DNA of 64,000 nucleotides from NCBI RefSeq assembly GCF_056746865.1, contig NZ_CM163382.1; one strand, 5' to 3'. Shown piece by piece: positions 54,133 to 64,000 of this stretch (position 1 is its first letter; each line of letters starts with the position of its first letter). The notes under the pieces were generated by a model. It saw only the letters and a program-made list of their open reading frames with translations, ran no database searches and was not told where the DNA came from. The position numbers and the translations under genes were made by a program.

Positions 54133-54253
54133 CCGTTGTGCGGGGAGTAATCCCCGCATATCCGGTTGTCAGGTCAGGGTGGTAAGGCACCTGCTTTACA
54201 CTTTCGCCCGCGGTCAGTGATGGCTGCGGGCGAATCGTACCAGAAGTTGTCAA

Positions 54254-54874
54254 TTAATCGTGTTGGCACAGCGTTATGACTATCTTTTCTTTTATCTGCC
54301 AGTGCACAGCAAACTGCTCATCCTCTAGTCGAATGATGATCCGCTGTTTATTCCAGCTAATTATCTGATAATCCAGAAAACCTTGAGCGGCCTGTATCTT
54401 GCTTGCCTTAAATGCGCTCTCTTTGGCGGAAAATGCCAGTGTCAGCGCCAGAGAAAAGGTTAAACCGCATTCTGCGAGTCGCTCGTGTTCTGCTGGTGTA
54501 ATAATGTTGTCTGTCAATTCTCTTGCGGTTTGTACAGAGAAAATCTCTTCGATATCAATGCCAATCGGTTGACGAGATACCACGGCTAATGCCGTAGTCC
54601 CGCAGTGGCTAATACTGCCGTATACCTCCGCAGGCCACACAGGTTGGCGTAGCTCGCCGATAGCGGGCACATATTTATAGCCATATTCCCGCAAGGCATA
54701 AACAGCAGCGATTCGTCCAGCTAAATGCTCTGTTTTACGTTTACGTCCAGCGTGTTGCAGTTGTGCGTAGTGTGGCAGCCAGAGTAAATCCTGCTCGCGA
54801 AAACTCGCCGGATCGAACTCAACAAAATGCAGCGTATGTCCGGCAAAGGGGAGGGCGGTATGCGTAGTTTTCAT
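54254..54874 (-). CDS. entD: Phosphopantetheinyl transferase EntD (206 aa)
   Basis: Start placed at MKTTHTALPFAGHTLHFVEFDPASF...; the 50-codon upstream extension in the ORF track is rejected. Confidence 0.85.
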   Translation of the reverse strand: MKTTHTALPFAGHTLHFVEFDPASFREQDLLWLPHYAQLQHAGRKRKTEHLAGRIAAVYALREYGYKYVPAIGELRQPVWPAEVYGSISHCGTTALAVVSRQPIGIDIEEIFSVQTARELTDNIITPAEHERLAECGLTFSLALTLAFSAKESAFKASKIQAAQGFLDYQIISWNKQRIIIRLEDEQFAVHWQIKEKIVITLCQHD

Positions 54875-55048
54875 ATCGACTATATTCGAGACTGATGACA
54901 AACGCAAAACTGCCTGATGCGCTACGCTTATCAGGCCTACATGGTCCTGCAATATATTGAATTGGCAAGATTTTTGTAGGCCGGATAAGGCGTTCACGCC
55001 GCATCCGGCATGAACGACGCGCACTTTGTCAACAATCTGACGTTAGCA

Positions 55049-57289
55049 TCAGAAGTGAGTATTAATGCTCATATACCACGTACGTCCCGGCTCGTTATAG
55101 GTATACGCCCCGGCACCGGCGATATAGTTGGCTCCTGCCAGATCGCCCGTGGTCTGGGCATTACCCGCACGCCACAAACGTTTGTCGAACAGGTTGTCCA
55201 CGCCGCCGGTCAGACTGACATTCTTCGTTACATCCCAGGTCGCGCTCAGGCCAACAATGCTGTACGGGCTGATTTCTTTGGTTTCCGGTCCAACCGCTGG
55301 CTGACCTTTATAGTTGTACTTCTTCGGCTGCTGCTTGCCGTACCAGGTGAAGGTTGTTTGCATCGACAAATCTTCCCGTGCCTGCCAGCTCAGCGTTGAG
55401 TTCAACGTATACTCCGGGATGATCGACAAACGGTCGCCCGTGGTTTTGTTTTCACTCTTCAGCATATAAGTGATGTTATTGGTCCACATCACCGTTTCGC
55501 TAACCGGTACGTTTAACGATCCTTCCAGACCTTCAACCACCGCTTTCGGTACGTTATCCCACTGATAGAGATCGGTGCCGACTGCGTTTTGCCCTACAGC
55601 CACATAGCCCGCTTCAATCTTATTGCGATAATCGTTACGGAACCAGGTGACGCCCGCCAGCCAGCCGTCGCGTTTGAACTCCAGACCAATCTCCTTGTTG
55701 ATACTGGTTTCCGCTTTCAGGTCATCATTACCTTGCAGATAGCAGCCGCCCGCGCTGGCATAGCAGCCCTGACCTTTACTGTAGAGAATGTAGTTTGGGT
55801 TAGTCTGGTACAGACTCGGCGCTTTATAAGCACGGGCAATGCCCATTTTCAGCGTGAAGTCATCGCCTAAACCTTGCGAGATATTCAGCGCCGGACTCCA
55901 GTTATTGCCAACAATGCTGTGATGATCGAAACGCAGCCCCGGCGTTACGATGGTGCTGTCAGTCAGCTCCATATTGTTTTCGGCAAACAGCGAGAAAATT
56001 TCTGCTTTTGAATATGGGCTACGGTCGGTGGCACTCACGCCATCAATAGCGCCACCGGTATTCGTCCCGGTGAGCGCCTGGGTGTTGGAACTTAAGTCCT
56101 TCATCCGTTGCTGATTCCACTCCGTACCCAGCGTCAGCGTCTGGTTAACGAGGAAATCAATCGGCAGGTTAACTTCGCTATGCAGCATCACGTCATCGAG
56201 ATCGATATCGACGAAATCCTGTGTCGCTTTTTCGTTAAATTTCCCTTCTGTGCCGCCCGCCAGACCTTCCGGGATGCGCGAGTTACGGGTGTGTTCGTAC
56301 TGCACCCAGTTGCTGGTGGTCACGCCGTTATCCCAGCCGCCGTTCCAGGTCAGCGAGTAGTTCTGGCGATACAGACGGTTGGTTTCATCGCCATATTTCG
56401 AGCGGGTATAGGAGTCAGAGTTGGTGTTCTGGGTATCGCCCGCATACAGGTTACCCTGGCGGCTGTAACCCGCTTCCAGTTCCAGCGATTGCAATGGTGC
56501 GAAGTCCCAGCGCACCACGCCATTAATATCTTTGTTGATCACCCCTTCGCGCCCGGCTGGTAACGTCGTGGCATAGGTTCCGGCACGCGCGGACTGATGG
56601 CCCTGGTTGATATCCCACGCGTCAGCCTGGGTTTTGTCGAGGTTGCCATACAAGCGGAAGCTGAATTCGTCGCCCAGCGGACCGGTGAGGCTAAAGTTAG
56701 TGCGTTTGGTGGCACCTTCCTCTTTATGTTCTGGCGCATTGAAATATGCGTCCCAGGAGCCGTGCCACTCACCACTGCCTTTTTTGGTAATGATGTTAAC
56801 CACGCCGCCCGCCGCGCCGTTGCCATAACGCGCAGCTGCCGGACCACGCAGAACTTCAATACGTTCAATCATTTCAGGTGGCACCCAGGAGGTATCACCA
56901 CGGGTATCGCGCTCGCCACGCCAGCCCTGACGCACCGAGTTACGGCTGCTTACCGGCTTGCCGTCAATCAAAATCAGCGTGTTTTCCGGACCCATGCCGC
57001 GAATATCAATTTGTCGGTTATTCCCACGCTGACCACTGGTGGAGTTACCGGTCAGGTTAACGCCTGGCATGGTACGGATGATCTCCGACACATCGCGGGC
57101 AACGGGGTTTTTGCGGATTTCATCTGCGGTGATGGTCGAAACGCCAGGCGCTTGCAAGTTCTGCTCGGCGGCGGTAACGACAATGGTATCGTCGTGTGAA
57201 ACAGGAGTATCGGTTGGCTCTTGTGCCTGTGCTACCCCATAAATCCCCAGATTGACCAACAAGGCCAGGGAATGAATCTTCTTGTTCAT
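55049..57289 (-). CDS. fepA: Ferric enterobactin outer membrane receptor FepA (746 aa)
   Basis: Start placed at MNKKIHSLALLVNLGIYGVAQA (signal peptide); TonB box DTIVVTA; C-terminal ...MSINTHF; matches FepA. Confidence 0.95.
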   Translation of the reverse strand: MNKKIHSLALLVNLGIYGVAQAQEPTDTPVSHDDTIVVTAAEQNLQAPGVSTITADEIRKNPVARDVSEIIRTMPGVNLTGNSTSGQRGNNRQIDIRGMGPENTLILIDGKPVSSRNSVRQGWRGERDTRGDTSWVPPEMIERIEVLRGPAAARYGNGAAGGVVNIITKKGSGEWHGSWDAYFNAPEHKEEGATKRTNFSLTGPLGDEFSFRLYGNLDKTQADAWDINQGHQSARAGTYATTLPAGREGVINKDINGVVRWDFAPLQSLELEAGYSRQGNLYAGDTQNTNSDSYTRSKYGDETNRLYRQNYSLTWNGGWDNGVTTSNWVQYEHTRNSRIPEGLAGGTEGKFNEKATQDFVDIDLDDVMLHSEVNLPIDFLVNQTLTLGTEWNQQRMKDLSSNTQALTGTNTGGAIDGVSATDRSPYSKAEIFSLFAENNMELTDSTIVTPGLRFDHHSIVGNNWSPALNISQGLGDDFTLKMGIARAYKAPSLYQTNPNYILYSKGQGCYASAGGCYLQGNDDLKAETSINKEIGLEFKRDGWLAGVTWFRNDYRNKIEAGYVAVGQNAVGTDLYQWDNVPKAVVEGLEGSLNVPVSETVMWTNNITYMLKSENKTTGDRLSIIPEYTLNSTLSWQAREDLSMQTTFTWYGKQQPKKYNYKGQPAVGPETKEISPYSIVGLSATWDVTKNVSLTGGVDNLFDKRLWRAGNAQTTGDLAGANYIAGAGAYTYNEPGRTWYMSINTHF

Positions 57290-57454
57290 TGTTTTATTCC
57301 TGCATTTTTGCCACGAATTGCAACTGTCGGGCATGGTCGTCATCAATACGACGCACCCCGCTACCGCGAAAACCTTTGATCCTGAAAGACACGCAGTGCA
57401 GTTGGTTAATTAATGTCCGCGCTTCCCACGGCGCGCCATTACGCTATTGCAAAT

Positions 57455-57492
57455 GCAAATAGTTATCAATAATATTATCAATATATTTCTGC
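57455..57492. promoter_or_regulatory. Fur box(es) in the fepA-fes divergent promoter region
   Basis: aaatagttatcaataatattatcaatatatttc contains overlapping GATAAT/ATTATC hexamers resembling the Fur consensus, between divergent iron-regulated genes. Confidence 0.55.
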
Positions 57493-57531
57493 AATCAATG
57501 AAAAATTGCACAGTAAACATGGGGTTATGGT

Positions 57532-58734
57532 GTGACGGCGTTAAAAGTAGGAAGTGAGAGCTGGTGGCAGTCGAAACATGGCCCGGAATGGCAGCGTCTG
57601 AATGACGAAATGTTTGAGGTCACTTTCTGGTGGCGTGATCCCCAAGGTTCTGAAGAATACTCGACGATAAAGCGGGTATGGGTCTACGTCACTGGTGTGA
57701 CCGATCACCATCAGAACAGCCAGCCCCAGTCGATGCAGCGAATTGCAGGCACCAACGTCTGGCAGTGGACGACACAACTCAATGCCAACTGGCGCGGCAG
57801 CTACTGTTTTATTCCCACCGAACGCGATGACATTTTTTCTGCACCATCCCCCGATCGCCTCGAATTACGTGAAGGCTGGCGAAAACTATTACCCCAGGCG
57901 ATAGCCGATCCGCTGAATCCACAAAGCTGGAAAGGCGGGCGAGGGCACGCTGTTTCTGCACTCGAAATGCCGCAAGCGCCTCTGCAACCGGGATGGGATT
58001 GTCCGCAAGCGCCAGAAATACCTGTCAAAGAAATTATCTGGAAAAGTGAACAGTTGAAAAATTCACGCCGTGTATGGATTTTTACCACCGGCGATGCAAC
58101 AGCAGAAGAACGCCCGCTGGCAGTTTTGCTTGATGGCGAATTTTGGGCGCAGAGTATGCCCGTCTGGCCTGCGCTGACTTCGCTGACCCATCGTCGGCAA
58201 CTTCCTCCCGCCGTGTATGTGTTGATCGACGCTATCGACACCACGCACCGCGCTCACGAACTGCCGTGTAATGCGGATTTCTGGCTGGCAGTACAGCAAG
58301 AGTTATTACCCCTGGTGAAAGCTATTGCCCCTTTTAGCGATCGCGCCGATCGCACCGTGGTCGCCGGGCAGAGTTTTGGTGGGCTTTCCGCGCTGTATGC
58401 CGGACTGCACTGGCCTGAACGTTTTGGCTGTGTATTAAGCCAGTCAGGATCGTACTGGTGGCCGCATCGGGGCGGGCAGCAAGAAGGTGTTTTACTTGAG
58501 CAACTTAAAGCTGGTGAAGTTAGCGCCGAAGGTCTGCGCATTGTGCTGGAAGCGGGTATTCGCGAGCCGATGATCATGCGGGCCAATCAGGCGCTGTATG
58601 CGCAATTACACCCTATAAAAGAATCCATTTTCTGGCGTCAGGTTGACGGCGGACATGATGCGCTTTGTTGGCGCGGTGGCTTGATGCAGGGGCTAATCGA
58701 CCTCTGGCAACCACTTTTCCATGACAGGAGTTGA
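57532..58734 (+). CDS. fes: Enterobactin esterase Fes (400 aa)
   Basis: MTALKVGSESWWQSKHGPEWQRLNDEMFEVTFWWRDPQG...; matches Fes. Confidence 0.9.
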   Translation: MTALKVGSESWWQSKHGPEWQRLNDEMFEVTFWWRDPQGSEEYSTIKRVWVYVTGVTDHHQNSQPQSMQRIAGTNVWQWTTQLNANWRGSYCFIPTERDDIFSAPSPDRLELREGWRKLLPQAIADPLNPQSWKGGRGHAVSALEMPQAPLQPGWDCPQAPEIPVKEIIWKSEQLKNSRRVWIFTTGDATAEERPLAVLLDGEFWAQSMPVWPALTSLTHRRQLPPAVYVLIDAIDTTHRAHELPCNADFWLAVQQELLPLVKAIAPFSDRADRTVVAGQSFGGLSALYAGLHWPERFGCVLSQSGSYWWPHRGGQQEGVLLEQLKAGEVSAEGLRIVLEAGIREPMIMRANQALYAQLHPIKESIFWRQVDGGHDALCWRGGLMQGLIDLWQPLFHDRS

Positions 58735-58736
58735 AT

Positions 58737-58955
58737 ATGGCATTCAGTAATCCCTTCGATGATCCGCAGGGAGCGTTTTACATTTTGCGCAATGCGCAGG
58801 GGCAATTCAGTCTGTGGCCGCAACAATGCGCCTTACCGGCAGGCTGGGACGTTGTGTGTCAGCCGCAGTCACAGGCGTCCTGCCAGCAGTGGCTGGAAGC
58901 CCACTGGCGTACTCTGACACCGTCGAATTTCACCCAGTTGCAGGAGGCGCAATGA
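58737..58955 (+). CDS. ybdZ: MbtH-like protein YbdZ (72 aa)
   Basis: MAFSNPFDDPQGAFYILRNAQGQFSLWPQQCALPAGWDVVCQPQSQASCQQWLEAHWRTL...; its stop overlaps the entF start (ATGA). Confidence 0.85.
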   Translation: MAFSNPFDDPQGAFYILRNAQGQFSLWPQQCALPAGWDVVCQPQSQASCQQWLEAHWRTLTPSNFTQLQEAQ

Positions 58956-61900
58956 GCCAGCATTTACCTTTGGTCGCCGCACAGCCCGGCATCTGGATGG
59001 CAGAAAAACTGTCAGATTTACCCTCCGCCTGGAGCGTGGCGCATTACGTTGAGTTAACCGGAGAGGTTGATGCGCCATTACTGGCCCGCGCGGTGGTTGC
59101 CGGATTAGCGCAAGCAGATACGCTGCGGATGCGTTTTACGGAAGATAACGGCGAAGTCTGGCAGTGGGTCGATGATGCGCTGACGTTCGAACTGCCAGAA
59201 ATTATCGACCTGCGAACCAACATTGATCCGCACGGTACTGCGCGGGCATTAATGCAGGCGGATTTGCAACAAGATCTGCGCGTCGATAGCGGTAAACCAC
59301 TGGTCTTTCATCAGTTGATACAGGTGGCGGATAACCGCTGGTACTGGTATCAGCGTTATCACCATTTGCTGGTCGATGGCTTCAGTTTCCCGGCCATTAC
59401 ACGCCAGATCGCCAATATTTACTGCGCATTGCTGCGTGGCGAACCAACGCCTGCTTCGCCGTTTACGTCTTTCGCTGATGTAGTGGAAGAGTATCAGCAG
59501 TACCGCGAAAGTGAAGCCTGGCAGCGTGATGCGGCATTCTGGGCGGAACAGCGTCGTCAACTGCCACCGCCCGCGTCACTTTCTCCGGCACCTTTACCGG
59601 GGCGCAGCGCTTCGGCAGATATTTTGCGCCTGAAACTGGAATTTACCGACGGGGAATTCCGCCAGCTGGCTATGCAACTTTCAGGTGTGCAGCGTACCGA
59701 TTTAGCCCTTGCGCTGGCGGCTTTGTGGCTGGGGCGATTGTGCAATCGCATGGACTACGCCGCCGGATTTATCTTTATGCGTCGACTGGGCTCGGCGGCG
59801 CTGACGGCTACCGGACCCGTGCTCAACGTTTTGCCGTTGGGGATTCACATTGCGGCACAAGAAACGCTGCCGGAACTGGCAACCCGACTGGCAGCACAAC
59901 TGAAAAAAATGCGTCGTCATCAACGTTACGATGCCGAACAAATTGTCCGTGACAGCGGGCGAGCGGCAGGAGAGGAACCGCTGTTCGGTCCGGTACTCAA
60001 TATCAAGGTATTTGATTACCAACTGGATATTCATGGTGTTCAGACGCAAACCCATACCCTGGCAACCGGTCCGGTTAATGACCTTGAACTGGCCCTGTTC
60101 CCAGATGAACACGGTGATTTGAGTATTGAGATCCTCGCCAATAAACAGCGTTACGATGAGCCAACGTTAATTCAACACGCTGAACGCCTGAAAATGCTGA
60201 TTGCCCAGTTCGCCGCGGATCCGGCGCTGTTGTGCGGCGATGTCGATATTATGCTGCCAGGTGAATATGCGCAGCTGGCGCAGATCAACGCCACTCAGGT
60301 TGAGATTCCAGAAACCACGCTGAGCGCGCTAGTGGCAGAACAAGCGGCAAAAACACCGGATGCTCCGGCGCTGGTTGATGCGCGTTACCAGTTTAGCTAT
60401 CGGGAAATGCGCGAACAGGTGGTGGCGCTGGCGAATCTGCTGCGTGAGCGCGGCGTTAAACCAGGCGACAGCGTGGCGGTGGCGCTACCGCGCTCGGTCT
60501 TTTTGACCCTGGCGCTGCATGCAATTGTTGAAGCAGGCGCGGCCTGGCTACCGCTGGATACCGGCTATCCGGACGATCGTCTGAAGATGATGCTGGAAGA
60601 TGCGCGCCCGTCGCTGTTAATCACCACCGACGATCAACTGCCGCGCTTTGCCGATGTTCCAGATTTAACCAGCCTTTGCTATAACGCCCCGCTTAAACCG
60701 CAGGGCAGTGCGCCGCTGCAACTTTCACAACCGCACCACACGGCTTATATCATCTTTACCTCCGGTTCCACCGGCAGACCGAAAGGGGTAATGGTCGGGC
60801 AGACGGCTATCGTCAACCGCCTGTTGTGGATGCAAAACCATTACCCGCTTACAGGCGAAGATGTCGTTGCCCAAAAAACGCCGTGCAGTTTTGATGTCTC
60901 GGTGTGGGAGTTTTTCTGGCCGTTTATTGCCGGGGCGAAACTGGTGATGGCTGAACCGGAAGCGCACCGCGACCCGCTCGCTATGCAGCAATTCTTTGCC
61001 GAATATGGCGTAACGACCACGCACTTTGTGCCCTCTATGCTGGCGGCATTTGTTGCTTCGCTGACGCCGGAAACTGCTCGCCAGAGTTGCGCGACCTTGA
61101 AACAGGTTTTTTGTAGCGGTGAAGCCTTACCGGCCGATTTATGCCGCGAATGGCAACAGTTAACCGGCGTGCCGTTGCATAATCTATATGGCCCGACGGA
61201 AGCGGCGGTAGATGTCAGCTGGTATCCGGCTTTTGGCGAGGAACTGGCACAGGTGCGCGGTAGCAGCGTGCCGATTGGTTATCCAGTGTGGAATACGGGC
61301 CTGCGTATTCTTGATGCGATGTTGCATCCGGTGCCGCCGGGTGTGGCAGGCGATCTCTATCTCACCGGCATCCAACTGGCGCAAGGGTATCTGGGACGAC
61401 CCGATCTGACCGCCAGCCGCTTTATTGCCGATCCTTTTACCCCAGGTGAACGCATGTACCGTACCGGAGATGTTGCCCGCTGGCTGGAAAACGGCGCGGT
61501 GGAGTATCTCGGGCGTAGTGACGATCAGCTAAAAATTCGTGGTCAGCGAATTGAACTGGGCGAAATCGATCGCGTGATGCAGGCGCTGCCGGATGTCGAG
61601 CAAGCTGTTACCCACGCTTGTGTGATTAATCAGGCGACAGCCACCGGGGGGGATGCGCGTCAGCTGGTGGGCTATCTGGTGTCGCAATCAGGTCTGCCGT
61701 TGGATACCAGCGCATTGCAGGCGCAACTGCGCGAAACATTGCCGCCGCATATGGTACCCGTCGTTCTGCTGCAACTTCCACAGTTACCTCTTAGCGCCAA
61801 CGGCAAGCTGGATCGCAAAGCCTTACCGTTGCCTGAACTGAAAGCACAAGCGCCGGGGCGTGCGCCGAAAGCGGGCAGTGAAACGATTATCGCCGCGGCA

Positions 61901-62833
61901 TTCTCGTCGTTGCTGGGTTGTGACGTGCAGGATGCCGATGCTGATTTCTTTGCGCTTGGCGGTCATTCGCTACTGGCAATGAAACTGGCTGCGCAGTTAA
62001 GTCGGCAGTTTGCCCGTCAGGTGACGCCGGGGCAGGTGATGGTCGCGTCAACTGTCGCCAAACTGGCAACGATTATTGATGGTGAAGAAGACAGCTCCCG
62101 GCGCATGGGATTCGAAACCATTCTGCCGTTGCGTGAAGGTAATGGCCCGACGCTGTTTTGTTTCCATCCTGCGTCCGGTTTTGCCTGGCAGTTCAGCGTG
62201 CTCTCGCGTTATCTCGATCCACAATGGTCGATTATCGGCATTCAGTCGCCGCGCCCTCATGGCCCCATGCAGACCGCGGCAAACCTGGATGAAGTCTGCG
62301 AAGCGCATCTGGCAACGTTACTTGAACAACAACCGCACGGCCCTTATTACCTGCTGGGGTATTCGCTGGGCGGTACGCTGGCGCAGGGCATAGCGGCGCG
62401 ACTGCGTACCCGTGGTGAACAGGTGGCATTTCTTGGCTTGCTGGATACCTGGCCGCCAGAAACGCAAAACTGGCAGAAAAAAGAGGCTAATGGTCTGGAC
62501 CCGGAAGTACTGGCGGAGATTAACCGCGAGCGCGAGGCCTTCCTGGCGGCACAGCAGGGAAGTACTTCAACGGAGTTGTTTACCACCATTGAAGGCAACT
62601 ACGCTGATGCTGTGCGCCTGCTGACGACTGCTCATAGTGTACCGTTTGACGGTAAAGCGACGCTGTTTGTTGCTGAACGCACGCTTCAGGAAGGTATGAA
62701 TCCCGAACGCGCCTGGTCGCCGTGGATTGCGGAGCTGGATATCTATCGTCAGGATTGTGCGCATGTGGATATTATCTCTCCGGTGGCGTTTGAAAAAATT
62801 GGGCCGATTATTCGTGCGACGCTAAATAAGTAA
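58952..62833 (+). CDS. entF: Enterobactin synthase component F (NRPS: C-A-PCP-TE), EntF
   Basis: Start placed at MSQHLPLVAAQPGIWMAEKL... (ORF track begins 46 codons upstream); A-domain motifs (FTSGSTGRPKGV, YGPTE), PCP (FFALGGHSLLAM), TE (GYSLGG). Confidence 0.95.
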   Translation: MSQHLPLVAAQPGIWMAEKLSDLPSAWSVAHYVELTGEVDAPLLARAVVAGLAQADTLRMRFTEDNGEVWQWVDDALTFELPEIIDLRTNIDPHGTARALMQADLQQDLRVDSGKPLVFHQLIQVADNRWYWYQRYHHLLVDGFSFPAITRQIANIYCALLRGEPTPASPFTSFADVVEEYQQYRESEAWQRDAAFWAEQRRQLPPPASLSPAPLPGRSASADILRLKLEFTDGEFRQLAMQLSGVQRTDLALALAALWLGRLCNRMDYAAGFIFMRRLGSAALTATGPVLNVLPLGIHIAAQETLPELATRLAAQLKKMRRHQRYDAEQIVRDSGRAAGEEPLFGPVLNIKVFDYQLDIHGVQTQTHTLATGPVNDLELALFPDEHGDLSIEILANKQRYDEPTLIQHAERLKMLIAQFAADPALLCGDVDIMLPGEYAQLAQINATQVEIPETTLSALVAEQAAKTPDAPALVDARYQFSYREMREQVVALANLLRERGVKPGDSVAVALPRSVFLTLALHAIVEAGAAWLPLDTGYPDDRLKMMLEDARPSLLITTDDQLPRFADVPDLTSLCYNAPLKPQGSAPLQLSQPHHTAYIIFTSGSTGRPKGVMVGQTAIVNRLLWMQNHYPLTGEDVVAQKTPCSFDVSVWEFFWPFIAGAKLVMAEPEAHRDPLAMQQFFAEYGVTTTHFVPSMLAAFVASLTPETARQSCATLKQVFCSGEALPADLCREWQQLTGVPLHNLYGPTEAAVDVSWYPAFGEELAQVRGSSVPIGYPVWNTGLRILDAMLHPVPPGVAGDLYLTGIQLAQGYLGRPDLTASRFIADPFTPGERMYRTGDVARWLENGAVEYLGRSDDQLKIRGQRIELGEIDRVMQALPDVEQAVTHACVINQATATGGDARQLVGYLVSQSGLPLDTSALQAQLRETLPPHMVPVVLLQLPQLPLSANGKLDRKALPLPELKAQAPGRAPKAGSETIIAAAFSSLLGCDVQDADADFFALGGHSLLAMKLAAQLSRQFARQVTPGQVMVASTVAKLATIIDGEEDSSRRMGFETILPLREGNGPTLFCFHPASGFAWQFSVLSRYLDPQWSIIGIQSPRPHGPMQTAANLDEVCEAHLATLLEQQPHGPYYLLGYSLGGTLAQGIAARLRTRGEQVAFLGLLDTWPPETQNWQKKEANGLDPEVLAEINREREAFLAAQQGSTSTELFTTIEGNYADAVRLLTTAHSVPFDGKATLFVAERTLQEGMNPERAWSPWIAELDIYRQDCAHVDIISPVAFEKIGPIIRATLNK

Positions 62834-62850
62834 ATTTATATTATCTATAA

Positions 62851-62889
62851 ACCCATAATTACAGAAAATAATTATGGGTTTATCATTTG
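62851..62889 (+). terminator. Intrinsic terminator after entF
   Basis: Hairpin aaacccataatta-cagaaaa-taattatgggttt followed by a T-rich stretch. Confidence 0.55.
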
Positions 62890-63048
62890 TTTAATTTATA
62901 AATTTGGTGGGTGTTTCTCTGAAATAGAGTGAATGTTGCATTCAGTGGGAGTAATTTACAAACTTCAGCTTCGGATAAATCTCACCAACTGGTAGAGTGG
63001 GGGCCGTGGAGATTTACTCTTATTGGACTCATTTTCAGGTTATACCCC

Positions 63049-64000
63049 ATGTCATCACTGAATATTAAACAGGGAAGTGACACTCATTTTCCCGAGTATC
63101 CTCTGGCGTCGCCCAGTAATAATGAAATTGATTTACTTAATCTAATCGAAGTTTTATGGCGGGCCAAAAAAACGGTCATGGCGGTCGTTTTTGCGTTTGC
63201 CTGCACAGGATTGCTGATCTCTTTCATCCTGCCGCAAAAATGGACCAGCGCGGCGGTTGTCACGCCTCCAGAACCTGTTCAGTGGCAGGCGCTTGAGAAA
63301 ACATTCACTAAGCTTCGTGTGCTGGATCTGGATATCAAAATTGATCGTACAGAAGCATTTAACCTGTTTATCAAGAAGTTTCAGTCGGTTAGCTTGCTGG
63401 AAGAGTACCTGCGCTCAACACCTTATGTGATGGACCAATTAAAAGAGGCGAAAATCGACGAGCTGGATTTGCATCGCGCAATTGTCGCATTGAGCGAAAA
63501 AATGAAAGCGGTTGATGACAATGCCAGTAAGAAAAAAGATGAACCGTCACTGTATAACTCCTGGACGCTAAGTTTTACCGCGCCAACCAGTGAAGAGGCG
63601 CAGACCGTTTTGAGCGGGTATATCGATTATATCTCTGCGTTGGTGGTGAAAGAGTCGATAGAAAACGTCCGTAATAAACTGGAGATCAAAACCCAGTTTG
63701 AAAAAGAAAAACTGGCTCAGGACCGCATTAAAACGAAAAATCAACTTGATGCAAACATTCAGCGCCTCAATTATTCACTCGACATTGCTAACGCGGCAGG
63801 AATTAAAAAGCCCGTTTACAGTAATGGTCAGGCCGTTAAAGATGACCCCGATTTCTCTATTTCTCTCGGCGCAGACGGTATTGAACGCAAACTGGAAATT
63901 GAAAAAGCGGTTACTGACGTTGCGGAACTGAACGGTGAATTACGTAATCGTCAGTATCTTGTTGAGCAGTTAACAAAAGCAAATATCAACGATGTGAATT
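63049..64000 (+). CDS. fepE: Ferric enterobactin transport protein FepE (polysaccharide co-polymerase family), partial, runs off the window
   Basis: MSSLNIKQGSDTHFPEYPLASPSNNEIDLLNLIEVLWRAKKTVMAVVFAFACTGLLISF...; open to the end of the window. Confidence 0.85.
   Translation, partial: MSSLNIKQGSDTHFPEYPLASPSNNEIDLLNLIEVLWRAKKTVMAVVFAFACTGLLISFILPQKWTSAAVVTPPEPVQWQALEKTFTKLRVLDLDIKIDRTEAFNLFIKKFQSVSLLEEYLRSTPYVMDQLKEAKIDELDLHRAIVALSEKMKAVDDNASKKKDEPSLYNSWTLSFTAPTSEEAQTVLSGYIDYISALVVKESIENVRNKLEIKTQFEKEKLAQDRIKTKNQLDANIQRLNYSLDIANAAGIKKPVYSNGQAVKDDPDFSISLGADGIERKLEIEKAVTDVAELNGELRNRQYLVEQLTKANINDVN

Noticed and set aside
54875-55024. 50-codon N-terminal extension of entD in the ORF track
   Set aside because: EntD begins MKTTHT...; the extension runs into the fepA 3' region.
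57290-57346. 19-codon N-terminal extension of fepA (MMTTMPDSCNSWQKCRNKT-)
   Set aside because: The signal peptide begins at MNKKIHSLALLVNLGIYGVAQA; the extension lacks signal-peptide character.
58814-58951. 46-codon N-terminal extension of entF overlapping ybdZ
   Set aside because: entF begins MSQHLPLVAAQPGIW... with ATGA coupling to the ybdZ stop; the extension is an out-of-frame read through ybdZ.

Overview
This window reads as an Escherichia coli chromosomal segment. Its content, 5' to 3': (1) the right arm of a lambda-like prophage with a complete tail module (FI C-terminus, FII, Z, U, V, G/G-T with the GGGAAAG slip site, H, M, L, K, I, J), a mosaic side-tail-fibre module, and the cargo genes appY and ompT, ending at a 45-nt 3' fragment of tRNA-Arg (argU) that looks like attR; (2) core genes envY, ybcH, nfrA, nfrB; (3) an AT-rich, roughly 12-kb accessory island between nfrB and cusS, made of decayed polymorphic-toxin/immunity material: two H-rpt (ISAs1-family) elements (one with a nonsense-mutated transposase), an Rhs core fragment, a SUKH-like immunity gene, an IS2 with a 5-bp target duplication that splits one member of a three-gene paralogous family of repeat (beta-propeller-like) proteins, a truncated PAAR-like (DUF4150-type) fragment, and several unassignable small genes; (4) cusSR-cusCFBA, pheP, ybdG, nfsB, ybdF, ybdJ, ybdK; (5) a tandemly duplicated hok/mok locus with IS186 inserted (11-bp duplication) 22 bp downstream of the first hok; (6) the enterobactin cluster entD, fepA, fes, ybdZ, entF and the start of fepE. 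The best candidate for something undescribed is the nfrB-cusS island, especially the paralogous repeat-protein array with its interleaved PAAR-like fragments. No rRNA, CRISPR array or complete tRNA was seen. All family assignments are from reading the translations and from memory of reference sequences; no database search was run.
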